DNA from: Octopus vulgaris
Lineage: Eukaryota
Assembly (NCBI GenBank): GCA_951406725.2
Contig: OX597818.1
Span: forward strand, 115,940,001 to 116,004,000
Length of the DNA: 64,000 bases
Direction of reading: 5' to 3'
Made by a program: the position numbers and the translations under genes. Numbering within the stretch: the stretch's first letter is position 1; each line of letters begins with the position of its first letter. Positions 24,389-37,070 of this stretch are shown piece by piece. The notes beneath the pieces were generated by a model. It saw only the letters and a program-made list of their open reading frames with translations, did no database searches and was not told the origin of the DNA.

Positions 24389-25955
24389 ATACACTTCTTT
24401 AAGAACACATGCTTACGTGTATGTATATACGAATAAATAAAAGCGTATATATGGAATACATATATTTATGTATGTTAGAATACACACAAGCATACGTACC
24501 GTAAATTCTCGAGTATAATACGCAGGGAATTTTTAGGAGGCTGTACCTCTGAAAAACCTAAACCTTGTGTATGATACACACCCCTTCTCTAACTTGAGTC
24601 AAGGAGGTCTATATAACATCCTTGGTTTGTAAAAATGTATACGGTAACGTCCTTTATTATTATTGTATATATAACATAATGCAAACGTGTAGCCTTTTTG
24701 TGCATTTTGTTTGCAGGAAATAAAGAAATAAACAGTAATAACGTTTAATAAATGTTGCTTACTGCAAATTATGGATGATTCTTTTATGACTTCATTGCTT
24801 TCAGGCTTAGCTTAAGATATTTTCGCGCCTGACATCACAAAATGCGTCTGAATAAACATTGCCGGACAGCAAATACAGACTTGGACATTGCTTAGAAAAT
24901 ATTTCTTTACGTTCTGAGTTCAAATTCCACCAAGGTCGACTTTGCCTTTCATCCTTTCGGGGTCGATAAATTAAGTACCAGTTGCGTACTGGGGTCGATC
25001 TAATCGACTGGCCCCCACCTCCCCATATATTTCGGGCCTTGTGCCTAGAGTAGAAAAGAATATATTTTCGGGTTTAATAAGAGTTAGAATAAAGAACACC
25101 AAGAAATTCGAAGACAAGTTAAAGATAGCTGCAACATTTATTCCGCTGCTAAAAGGAAATACAGCAAACTGGTATAACATGAATAAATCTGTCAAATAAA
25201 TTACATAGTTTCAAAGTGTTTCTTGGAGATGAAAACGAACGAAGGAAAAACAAAACATGGCGTCAAAGTATCATGTAACATGGCGTCAGGTACAATTCTT
25301 TCCTCACTGGCTCAACTCAAAAGACCATTCTTATTTATAGCTACCTATAGGTTCAAAAAGGAAAACAATTTTGGCTGTGGTAGGAAAAGGTCTGATTGGA
25401 TGACTTAAAACATCCAATCGGCACGCACAGGAATGGTCATGAGACCACACGCAGAAAAAAAAAAAGCCTTGTTGGAACCAAAAATGGACTATTTAAGGCT
25501 AAACAACCAAATGTTGAAAATCGCTCCACTACAACTCTGTAAAGTGGTTGGCGTTTGGAAGGGAATTCAGCTGTAGGAACCAAACCAAAACAGACTGTGG
25601 CCCCTGGTCTTACCAGACGCTATAAAACTGTCCAACCCGTGCCAGCATGGAAAAGGAGCGTTAAATAATGATAATGGATTGCATAGGCAAAACATTCAAA
25701 GTAAAATGTTATAATCCTGTCGGTGTTCCATACATGGCTTTGAACGTGGCTTATTCCTTCTGTGGTTTGTGTTCTTCCTTTCAAGGGTCCATATATGACC
25801 TTCTCGGTGAAATGTTCTATTTTTTTTATTGTATTGTAGTATCAAGTTGTACGAGTATGTGTGTGTGCGTTTTCCGTAGACTTCTATGCATTTGTGTGCA
25901 TGTAAGAGTGGGTATGTTTAGCTTCCTATATTTTTTTGGGTATGTACGAAAATTG

Positions 25956-26308
25956 GGATCTTTACCTTTTGACCGACAGATTTAAAAAAAAAAATTTTGT
26001 AACTAAACACTTTCAAACTTCGGAAGCTGGTAGAATGTGTCATATAAAATATGTTTTACTCTTAGCATTTTTGAGAAAAACTTATATTTACGAAGTTATT
26101 TCATCTTAAAGTTCTCGTCATTTGATTGGTTGAAATTACCGAAATACGAGAACTTTAACGTGAAATAACTTCGTAAATATAAGTTTTTCTCAAAAATGCT
26201 AAGAGTAAAACATATTTTATATGACACATTCTACCAGCTTCCGAAGTTTAAAAGTGTTTAGTTACAAAAAATTTTTTTTTAAATCTGTCGGTCAAAAGGT
26301 AAAGATCC
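25956..26308. mobile_element. Foldback MITE with about 160-bp near-perfect arms and perfect 8-bp TSD (Merlin-like)
   Basis: gaaaattg|GGATCTTTACCTTTTGACCGACAG...CTGTCGGTCAAAAGGTAAAGATCC|gaaaattg; spacer about 27 bp. Confidence 0.9.
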
Positions 26309-27061
26309 GAAAATTGTAATGAGTTCTACATTAAAGTACGATGAAAGAAACAAAAAAGAAACAAGAAAAGATAAACTCCAAACTAACAAAAGAAAAGCTC
26401 ACAGAATTAAATTCTTGAAACCATTTTATTAGTGCCACATCGCATTTGACTCCTCGAGGACTCTGCTTCCTAGTTGCATGCATTACGTGTTTTGTCCATC
26501 AGGGTTTTGTCCTCTCTGTGTTTAGCCCCTTGTGGGTAGTAAAGAAATAGGGTTTAACTTTGTTTTCCATATTCCTTGTTTTAAAATAATGGATGCAACG
26601 TGTCTAAGAACAAAATATTAATTTATTTAGAGTAACGAAGTGGTTAGCAGCTGTAGATCACCGGATTAAATGTCTTAAAATATTGGCTTCAAAAATTGGC
26701 ACAAGGCCAGCAATTTTGAGGGGAACGATTAAGTCAATTACATCGACCCCAGCACTGAACTGAAAGGATGAAAGGCAATATCGACCTTGGCGGCATTTGA
26801 ACTCGGTACGTAAAGACGAACGAAATGCTGCTAAGCATTTTGCTCGGCGTGTTAACGATTTTGCCAGCTCGCTGTCTTCAAATGCCTTAAAATATTGTTC
26901 AGTTCTTCCAGGTTTTAAGTTTATAGTCGGCAGCCGGAGTTGACTTAGTTTTGTAGCTCCCTAAAATGTGAAGATATCCATAAGTGCCAGTCGATATTTC
27001 TCTCATACACGCTATGACCTGTAACCAATAAACGAAGTATTTTATTTTATTCTTTGGTATA

Positions 27062-28940
27062 TTAATTCCTCGAGCATTTACATCCGCCCCCCTTATTGCT
27101 ACTACTCAAAGTACTCGCCCTTTGAAGCATGTCTTTGACAGCTGCTAAACGAGTATTTATGAGTTCAGACATACATTCTTCAACGCATTCTGATTGTATA
27201 CTCCCAGAATCACTATGATCAATATGTGAAGCCGAGTCATCAATGTCCGTCTTTTCACTGTGTACAGATTGATTACGTTTGGATACTGTAATATGTAAAC
27301 TCTCACTACATCGAGATGAAGTTTCTTGGAACTTATTTCGAAACTGAGTGCGTGTGTTTTGATTCTTGAATTGATAGGAACCTACCGTTTCGTTGTGCGC
27401 GTTCTCTTTAGATATTTCTTCAAGGTTTGTAGATTTCTGACTAATTTCTCTTGAATGATTCTCTGTCTGGACATCAGTGCTTTTGTATTGGAGAGGAACT
27501 GGGTTAGAAATTAGTTTATTTCGAATGGAACAAACGCAGCTGTTAACGTCATCACCATATAAACTGGATTCCTCGATTCTTGAATCAGGCCTATCAACAG
27601 AATTAAAGGATTTCATAATCCATTGTTGTGTGTTTGCAGCTTTTGCAGAGATGCTTTCCTCTGACTGAAAGTCAAACAACGATTCAGAGGCTGTGACGAA
27701 ACCAGATGAGTTAAACAAACAATCACCGGAGGCAGAGGTCGAAACTAACCCACCCTCGCGAGTACACGGACAAAGGAAATCTGAAAAGCCGTCATTCGAA
27801 CTCGAAGTACTTTCTTGTTTTTTCATTATCGTCTGATCTACCTGAAAAGTGAAATGTTTATTGTGTATAAAGAAAGGACTGAATTTCTCAGCGGCATTAC
27901 CGAAGTCATTTAGCTGAAGGTTTTCCGAGTTAGCTTCGCTATTAATATGTGGCACGATCGTTACGGAAGTGAGAGATGCGGTATCAGAGGCAAAAAAATG
28001 GTCGGGCGGGTGAGGAAATTCTTCTATTGAATATATAAACTCATCGTCATTCTCTTCGCCATTATTGCGTTGTTCGTCACTCGAACTGCTTAGACTATCA
28101 TCGTCTTCATTGCCACTATCTTCATAGAAAATCAGAGGATTAACTTTAGTTATCATCTGATTATTATCCAACTCCAACGGTAAAACAGTCATATAAAAAT
28201 TATCGACAGTTTTTGCCGAGTCCTCATCTTTGACATTACGGAACGACTTTTTACATTTATTCTCCGTTGATTTAAAGGGATTAACTTTTTTATGATTTAC
28301 ATTTCCATAAGCAGCAGCCGATCCAATAGGATTAATGTTTTCAGAGTCACAATGATTACACGACAGACGACCAATGTTTCCAATATTAGACGGACAGTTC
28401 AAAAAGGATTTGGTGTTATTTGCTTTGCATTCAGTCGACAAATCTACATTTCCGTTTTGTAACAACGCAAATTCTGATTTATCGGAATGTTGTGACGTCT
28501 GCAGCTCTCCTTGTGAACAAATTTCCGATTCAATATTTATTTTAGGATATCTTGTTCTATCAACGCTGTCTGTTGATAAAGTGCAGCTTTGCTTCTTTCG
28601 TTTTTTTTTCTCTCGACGACATTTCCAATTTAAACTAACACAACCCGTTAACCTTTGACACTGACAAGTGTGAGGCGTTTCACTCCAGAAACATGCCGAG
28701 TTCACATGGTTTTTCTCGGTGCATGGCTTTAGCGTACCTGAAGGTTCCTTAATTTCATCTTCTACATCAGAAGCGTAGCCGGTACTCGTGCCAGTACTGG
28801 AGTATCTATAAGGGGTCTCCGTCGGTTTGCTACTGTCCCTTTCTTCACTTCTACTGCATCTGTTGATTTGGCGATCTCGGGTTCCTTGCCGAAAACCGTT
28901 GTATTTCTGAATAATGAGCATTGGACTGCTATCATCCAAC
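27062..28940 (-). CDS. Uncharacterised gene, large terminal exon (625 codons, Ser/Asp/Asn-rich, probably disordered); full model 705 aa
   Basis: 1.88-kb open frame free of repeats in otherwise repeat-saturated DNA. Acceptor ctttaattcaacag|G at 28940, stop TAA at 27062, minus-strand AATAAA at 27041-27046. Confidence 0.85.
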
Positions 28941-29254
28941 CTGTTGAATTAAAGATGGAATAAAAAATTAGAATTATTAAAATATTGGTTTCAAATTTTG
29001 GCACGAGGCCAGCAAATTCGAGGGAAGGGTTAAGTCGATTATCTCGACCCTACTCTTTTACTCTTTACTTGTTTCAGTTATTTGACTGTGGCCATGCTGG
29101 AGCACCGCCTTTAGTCGAGCAAAATCAACCCCAGGACTTATTCTTTGTAAGCCTAGTATTTATTCTATCGGTCTCTTTTGCCGAACTGCTATGTTACGGA
29201 GACGCAAACACACCAGCATCGGTTGTCAAGCGATGTTGGGGGGAACAAACATAT

Positions 29255-29317
<63 letters not shown>

Positions 29318-30244
29318 TATACATATATACGACGGGCTTCTTTCAGTTTCCGTCTACCAAGTCCACTCACAAGGCTGGGCGAAATGCTTAGCGGCATTTC
29401 GTCTGCCGTTACGTTCTGAGTTCAAATATCCGTCAAATATAAATAATGTACAAAATTCCTCATCTCTTAAATATAGAACTGTACTATTTAATCATAAAAA
29501 ATATAGTATGGCATTTTAAACAGTGAATGGCTTGGACGGTGCATCCGGGTAAAATGGATATCAAAGGTGTCCAGAGGTAAAAACAGCTTGAGAACCACTG
29601 ATGTTGTAGAAGACCAGTTCCGGGGGGAGAGGCGGCGAAATTGTCACCGATTGAGTCTCCTCAGTGAATTCCAGGTAATTATCGAATCGCAAAAATCGAC
29701 CTCGGATGGGATCGAAAGATGATCTCACAAAGAAAATAAGCCTAAATTTGACAGAGCCTTTTAGTTGCCTTGTATGAGTTTCGCTGACTTAACTGCTATG
29801 GAAACTGTAGAATATCCTTTTATTTACATTTCTTGAGGAATTCTCGAAGTTTTCTCAGTAAGTCATGAAACAACAATATGTAAAACAGTTTTAGCAAGTC
29901 AAATAACAGAGCTGAGATGACATTGGGGTTTTAAATGTCAATAACGCTATTGACTGTTTATACTAGTCCCACGCTCCAGCTTTTTGAAACTACAATAACA
30001 GTAACAAGAAGACTTGGGCTACGCCAACGGCATGAATGGCGAAGATGCCGTCACGTTTGGTGAGAACTAACATCACGAAGGGAAAATATTTCTAACTAGA
30101 AATAATAAACACACACAATAAGCCGTCAGTTTTCCGTTAAATATAATTCCTGTATTCTGAAGACTTACAGATTAAACTTCGTAGTTTGAAGGCGTAAAAT
30201 AAAAAATAAAATTGCACTGGTTTGACATTTGAAGCCTACCATTG

Positions 30245-30302
<58 letters not shown>

Positions 30303-30481
30303 TATCTACAAATTGAGATAGGGGTTGTAAATGCAACCCTCCATGGGATAACATATATCCAATATACTGCTAGTGAAGTACCCAACAAAGTTAATACATA
30401 AATGTTAAGGATTGCGATGCAATCAATTCATCTACTGTATTATATGGGCGAAGGTAAAATGATTTACACAAATTACAATAT

Positions 30482-30548
<67 letters not shown>

Positions 30549-30815
30549 AGATCAATATAGGGTGGCAAAAAATTTTGTAGAATACAGTGGGAAAAAATTA
30601 AATAGTCATAGACCATTTATAAGTTCAACATCACAATCAAGGAACGGCCATAATAGGCCATTCACCCACTAGAAATAACAGCCAAAGCTTCAACCGCAAA
30701 ATAACATTAATTCCGCAAACCAGGGTAAATGTTTTTTAATTTTCTCCTGGTTTGCGGAATTAATGTTATTTTGCGTTGAAGCTGTGTATTTCTAGTGTGA
30801 AGTATTATGCCGTTC

Positions 30816-30869
<54 letters not shown>

Positions 30870-30892
30870 TCGCCATGATAGATCGTAAGCCA

Positions 30893-30955
<63 letters not shown>

Positions 30956-30956
<1 letters not shown>

Positions 30957-31995
30957 TAGCTTAAGGTGACCCGCTCTACGCGCGGGTAAGAGTGTGGTTC
31001 TTACTTTCTGTTTTTCATCACCACATTCTCCTTCTTTGTTTCTCTCTCCTTTCTCTCTCACTTTCCCACTCTCTTACTCTTCCTTTCTCTCGGACTCTCC
31101 CTCGCTTTCTCTTACTCTCTATCTTTCTCTATCTCTCTCCCATTTATAAACCACAAAAGATCTTGAGTAAGTTGAGAAAGTAAAATATTTTGAAAGATCA
31201 ATCATAAATATCAGGCAGTGACAACGGAAAGGTCTGCTTCAAGGCAGACAGCAAAACACTAACATTTAAAAGGGACAGACGAACTTGCAAGCTGAATAAA
31301 AATAAAAATAAAATATTGGAAACCAAAGTTTGAAGGGATAGAATGTGAGGATAGTAGAGTCACCATGGCTGGCATTTCTTAACGACGGACAGCAACGTAG
31401 TAGCAGTTGTATTAACAACAAACAAGATGAGGACAAATATCCGTCAAATGTAAATAATGTAAATAATGTACATAATTTCTCATCTCTAAAATATAGAACT
31501 GTACTATTTAATCATAAAAATATGGCTTGGACGGTGCATCCGGGTAAAATGGACATCAAAGGTGACCATAGGTAAAAACTGGCGTAAAATTTTGAACTTG
31601 TAAAAGAAAATTCCTAAACACGAAGTTTTGAAGTGATTCTTTCTCACAACAGTAGACTCACCATGGCAAGCATTCAAAACTTCTTCATCATGGACGACAA
31701 CACATTAACGATTTAAAGGCTAGCGCAAATTTTTTAGCTTGATGTAACAGAGAATTCCTAAACACCCGCTCCTGTAAATTTTAATCACCTTCCAGCCCCA
31801 TTTAGACCCCTTTTCACATTTTGGTTAATATAACCCGATTTCATTCGGGTCTACTCGGCCACATTTTATAAGATGAGGAATTTTGTCCTAGAGGTGACAC
31901 CTTTCATTTGAGGAAAAAAATAGTTGTCATGCAAACTTGCCAGCACTCTTAACATAGGTGTGCATATTTTCAGCACAACCGACCACATAATGCAC

Positions 31996-32058
<63 letters not shown>

Positions 32059-33323
32059 ATTAGAGATAAAACCACTATTAGGCAAATCAAACAATGAAAA
32101 ACTTAAGCCAGTACATAAAATTAATTAATTTATATTATTTTAAATATATATCAAAATTATTAAAAGTTTAATAAAAGATAATGAGTAAAACACTACGATC
32201 GTTTCATGGCTGTCCAATTCATAATAATTCGAGTTATGGTTACAGTCAATCTTCAGGTGATTGAAATATTATAACTCGAATTATTATGAATTGGACAGCC
32301 ATGAAACGATCGTAGTGTTTTACTCATTATCTTTTATTAAACTTTTAATAATTTTGATATATATTTAAAATAATATAAATTAATTAATTTTATGTATTGG
32401 CTTAAGTTTTTCATTGTTTGATTTGCCTAATAGTGGTTTTATCTCTAATTTAATATAATATAATATTTTACTATAAAATTGGATTCAATCCTAAATCTGA
32501 TTTTTCCCTGTAAGTTTGGATTTATTCCCTAATATTTTATTATATATATATATGTGTGTGTGTGTACGCATTATATATACAAATGTATACAAATTATATA
32601 TATATATATATATTAAATTAGAGATAAAACCACTATTAGGCAAATTAAACAGTGAAAAACATAACCCAAAACATAAAAATAAAAATATAATGTACAAAAT
32701 ATATAAAATATAAAATTAAAAAATTAAAATTATTTAAATTTAAAATTAAAATTATTAATTTATATTTATAATTTAAAAAAATATATATATAACTATCAAA
32801 AAGTATTAAAAAGTTTAATATACATAAATACAGATATATACACTTTGTATATATACATTATATATACATATTTATATATAGAACACACACACACACATAT
32901 ATAAATGAACCCAATAAATATCTGATTCATAATATTTGTTCTCATGATTGTGTGGTGGTGGCGATGATAATTCTCTCTATGAATGCAAACAGACGTAGGG
33001 AGAGAGAGTGTGTGAAAGCGCTGTTAGACGCCGTTATCGACGTTATATATAGAAAGTGATGGGAAGGGAGGAAAGATAGTGAGTGACAGAGGAAGACAGA
33101 TACATAAAAGAATGTGAGTCGACTTGTCAAAGTGCGTTTTTGGCCCTAGCAACGACACCTTTTAAGATAGGGATTTCTAACCTAGCCCACTAACATTCTC
33201 ACCTCATTTTACATGTCCCTGTAAATTTTGGAGTCAATCCGACAGGGTGTAGTGGCCTTTAAACCGTTCCAGACAAACAAACAAACAAACAAACTTTTCG
33301 CATTTCAGTTTTATAAATAGAGA
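30956..33323 (-). mobile_element. Helitron-like element (about 2.4 kb) with nested insertions, in the last intron of the minus-strand gene
   Basis: Minus strand: A|TCTCTATTTATAAAACTGAAATG...(GTTT)n at 33323, and CCCGCGCGTAGAGCGGG hairpin...CTAG|T at 30956. Pairing of the two ends is inferred. Confidence 0.6.
32052..32456. repeat. 186-bp-arm inverted repeat of Penelope-like terminal sequence next to (TA)n; third partial copy about 32610-32660
   Basis: 32052-32237 is the reverse complement of 32271-32456 (one mismatch seen); 33-bp spacer. Confidence 0.85.
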
Positions 33324-33506
33324 TATATATCAGATCGTTAGCCACTACACCCATTTCTTTTCTCTCCTTGTTTTTTCTGTGTCCCTTTCTGTTGAAGAGC
33401 GTAGGCTCGAAACGTAAAAGACTTTTTCTATTCCTGCGCGTTATACTAATACATCTGTTTGTTTTTTACACCACCTGTCTTCGTCTTTTGTTTTCTCGTA
33501 AACTCT

Positions 33507-33563
<57 letters not shown>

Positions 33564-33666
33564 GTGTGTGCGTGGTTGACCTTTTTAGTCGTTGGGGGAT
33601 CGTACTGAACAGACTCTAACTTAACAACTAACCCTGCTGTACTTGGGCTCTCTATGTGTATACGCA

Positions 33667-33703
<37 letters not shown>

Positions 33704-33946
33704 CGGTGCTTATACATGAATGCATACATTTGTCTATGTACGTATGCAAGGTGTGTGTACACACATATATATATGTATATATATGTATATATATATATAC
33801 GTGTGTGTGTGTACGTACATACATATATGCATGTATGTATATATGTCCATTGGTTAATTCTTACTTTATTTCTTTAAGTCAATATTTGTTCTCCATTCGC
33901 TAACATAGGAGGGTACTCACACACTGTCACACTATGCACACAAGTA

Positions 33947-33977
<31 letters not shown>

Positions 33978-34109
33978 TACACACACATGCACACACGTAC
34001 ATATACACACAAATGCAAGCATAGTCAGTTGTATAAAAAAGATATATATAAGATTTATTGAAACAAGAGACAGAAGGCGCAACAAGGTCAGCAAAGGTCA
34101 GTATACATA

Positions 34110-34708
34110 CACTGCGTTTCAAATTATTAACCACGTAACATCTTAAAATTTTATTTAAAAACTACTCGTTGGAATTCAGCGAAATTTCCACAGGACTATG
34201 GCGACAGTTATTACATGCGCGTCGTGTGTAAAAAACGTGAGGTTTGGCGCAAGTGTAAATAAACCGCGGCCATTTGCATAATTTCCATGAACTTTCAGTG
34301 TTCCAAATTATAAACGAGTAGTTTGATAATCGTGTAATTATGGGTCACAAACGTGACCTAACTGCTTCAGAGAAATCTGTTATTACTTCTGGACTTGCAA
34401 AAGGTAAATCAACTTTAGAAATATTTAAAATCATTGGAAAATATCACCAAACTGTGAAAACATTTGTTACAGCTTCTACGAAGATATGTAAGAGAGCAGA
34501 CAAGGATCAGTCGAGGGGTGTTTCTCGAAGTTCTCTGTCGCAAATTAGGCGTGAAGCCGTGAAGAACCAAGGTGTTACAAGTGGAGAACTTTTCAAGTAC
34601 ACTGGCAAAACAGCTGTGTCCAGAAGTGTCCGATGTCACTTTCTGAAAAAAGTCAATAAACCAGTGACATCAGTTACAAGAATTCTAATGAAAGAGCCTT
34701 GGAGTTAG
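34110..34708 (+). mobile_element. 5' part of a Tc1-family transposon (left TIR plus HTH region of transposase, ORF 34340-34708)
   Basis: TA|CACTGCGTTTCAAATTATT TIR; MGHKRDLTASEKSVITSGLAKGKSTLEIFKIIGKYHQTVK... paired-like HTH; no DDE domain. Confidence 0.8.
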
Positions 34709-35466
34709 GTTAGAAATCGGCCTGTTCTCTATTGGCAAGATCTCTTGAAATAAAACTGAATAATGACATACATACATCTGTAAAGTGTAAACATAACAGG
34801 CCGGAAATTTGCTTGGGACAGACAAGAAAAAGGTGGTGAAAGAGTACAGCAGGGTTCACCCCCACCTGCCGGAGCTTAGGTGTTTTCATTCAATAAACAC
34901 ACAAAACGCCCGGTCTGGGAATCGAAACCGCGATCTTATGACCAAGAGTCCGCTGCTCTAACCACTGGGCCATTGCGTCTCCACTGTTCTTGTAAATACT
35001 ATAAATATAAAAATAAATGCACCCTTTTAAAGCCTAACCAGGCTCATGGGCCCGGCTTCCCGGTTTCAATGGCGTATGTGTTCCCCAGCTGGACGGGACG
35101 CCAGTCCATCGCAGTGTTACTCATTTTTTCCAGCTGAGTGGACTGGAGCAATGTGAAATGAAGTGTTTTGCTCAAGAACACAACGCGTCGCCTGGTCCAG
35201 GAATCGAAACCACAATCTTACGATCATGATGCTGACACCCTAACCACTAAGCCATGCGCCTCCACTGTTCCTGTGAATACTATAGTGTTGTATATATTAG
35301 TTAATGCGTACAATATGTGACTACCATATCTAAAGAGAGAGAGAAAATTAATGGTGTGTATTTATGCGTTGGTGTGTACGTGCGCATAAGTGCGTGTGTG
35401 GGTGTGTTCGTGTGCATAAGTGCGTGCGCGTGCGTGCACATGAGTGCATATGTATCGATGCATTAC

Positions 35467-35566
35467 CTTTCAATGTCACTAATATCATAATCGTCTGCAA
35501 ACTCCACCTGTTGTATCCTGATCGGGTGTTCGTGTCGATGTATCGGTAGACATATCGGCCGAGGTC
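35467..35566 (-). CDS. Uncharacterised gene, internal exon (RPRPICLPIHRHEHPIRIQQVEFADDYDISDIER)
   Basis: Acceptor ttttctatccccattag|GA, 100 nt, donor GAAAG|GTAATG (phase 2). Joins exactly in frame to the large exon (AG|G TTG GAT GAT). Confidence 0.8.
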
Positions 35567-36884
35567 CTAATGGGGATAGAAAAGAAAGCAATTGGCATTT
35601 ATTTATTTATTTCTTTCTAATTCTTAGAACAAGAAATAGACAAAGCATTATTTCTAATTTTGGCACAAGGCCGGCAATTTTAAGGGAAGGAGTTAAGTCG
35701 ATTACATCGACCCCAGTGATTAACTGGTACTTATTTTATCAACCCCGGAATGATGAAAGGTAAAGTTGACTCTGGTAGGATTGTGCACAGAGCCTGAAGA
35801 AATGTTGCTAAGTATTTTATCCGTTGTGATAACGATTCTAGCAGCTCATCACCTTTGAAAATAGGTAAATTACGGTAGCACGAAAGAGGTGCAATTAATT
35901 TAATCCTTTCTACTAGAAGCACAAGGCCTCAAACTTGGGGGACGGAATTAAATCGATTACATCGACTTCAGTGTGTGACAGGTACTAATTTTATCGACCC
36001 CGAGAGGATGAAAGGCAAAGTCGACCTCGGCAGAATTTGAACTCAGAACGTAAAGACAGACGAAATACCGTTAGGCTTTTCGCCCGGCGTGCTAACGTTT
36101 CTGCCAGCTCGCTGCCTTTCTGGTAAAATAATATGACAGGAGTCAAGGCTATAGTATGCATTCGGAGTCAGAATCTCCAGACAAAGGTTACTTCTACCTT
36201 GCCTTCCCCACCCCCACGTCTCAGACGCCCTGAAAGAGGTCATGGTTGCAGACGTTCGTTCCTTTTATGACTAAGCTCCAGTAAAAACCAAAAACAAAAA
36301 TAGACTCTAAAAAGCAAACTCAATGTGAAATAAGTCAATTGACAATGTCCCTAAGACCAACAAAAGACGAAGGGAAAGTATATAATATAACATTGAGGTT
36401 GCGGTCTGTGATCATTCTGCTTCCTATTTTGTTACATAATTCTTTCTACCACAGGCATGGTGGAGGCGCATGGCTTAGTGGTTAGAATGTTCGACTCATG
36501 ATCGTAAGATTGTGGTTTCCATTCCTGGGACTGCCACATTAAGGTGTATATTTAATTAAAATTATTATTTACGATTATTTAAGGCAAGCAAAACGCAAAT
36601 TCTTTTCACTTTAATGTTTTTCTCTGTATTTAATTTCGATTTGCATATGTTCGTCAATTCGCAACGATCTCTTTAAAATAAACAAAATCAAGAATTTGAA
36701 GGCGGGGAGTGATTTTTTTTTTTTTGCATATTCGTAATCTCCGATATCTAAAACGTAAGAATCCGAAAATCTTTTTTTTCAAAATAATGCATTTTTCAAG
36801 GAGAAGTGCGAAACTGTATTAGCCCCAAAATCTTATATGGACCCGCAAGGATTATATGGACCCCGGTTGAAAACCACTGCCTTA

Positions 36885-37070
36885 ACTGGTGGAGCCAGTC
36901 GTTGGGGTGCCATTCTAGGCGCTTTCGTAGTCAGCCGTCGCCACTGGTTTCCATTCTTTGTCATGCGTAGCAGGTTCGCAACGTTTTGACCTGACCAATC
37001 CTTGATGTTGTCAAGCCAGGATCTTCTCTGGCTCTTTTTCGCCCTCCTTCAACTCTTCCCTGATGAGTGC
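36885..37070 (-). mobile_element. RTE LINE extreme 3' coding remnant
   Basis: Minus strand GRVEGGRK...SWLDNIKDWSGQNVANLLRMTKNGNQWRRL. Confidence 0.65.

Noticed and set aside
27477-28658. Plus-strand ORFs opposite the large exon
   Set aside because: They are short antisense shadows of the 625-codon frame.
31655-31710. Minus-strand GTGAGT donor with a short open frame (VVVHDEEVLNACH) as an extra exon
   Set aside because: It ends in phase 1 while the large exon needs phase 2, no acceptor was found, and it lies inside the Helitron-like span.
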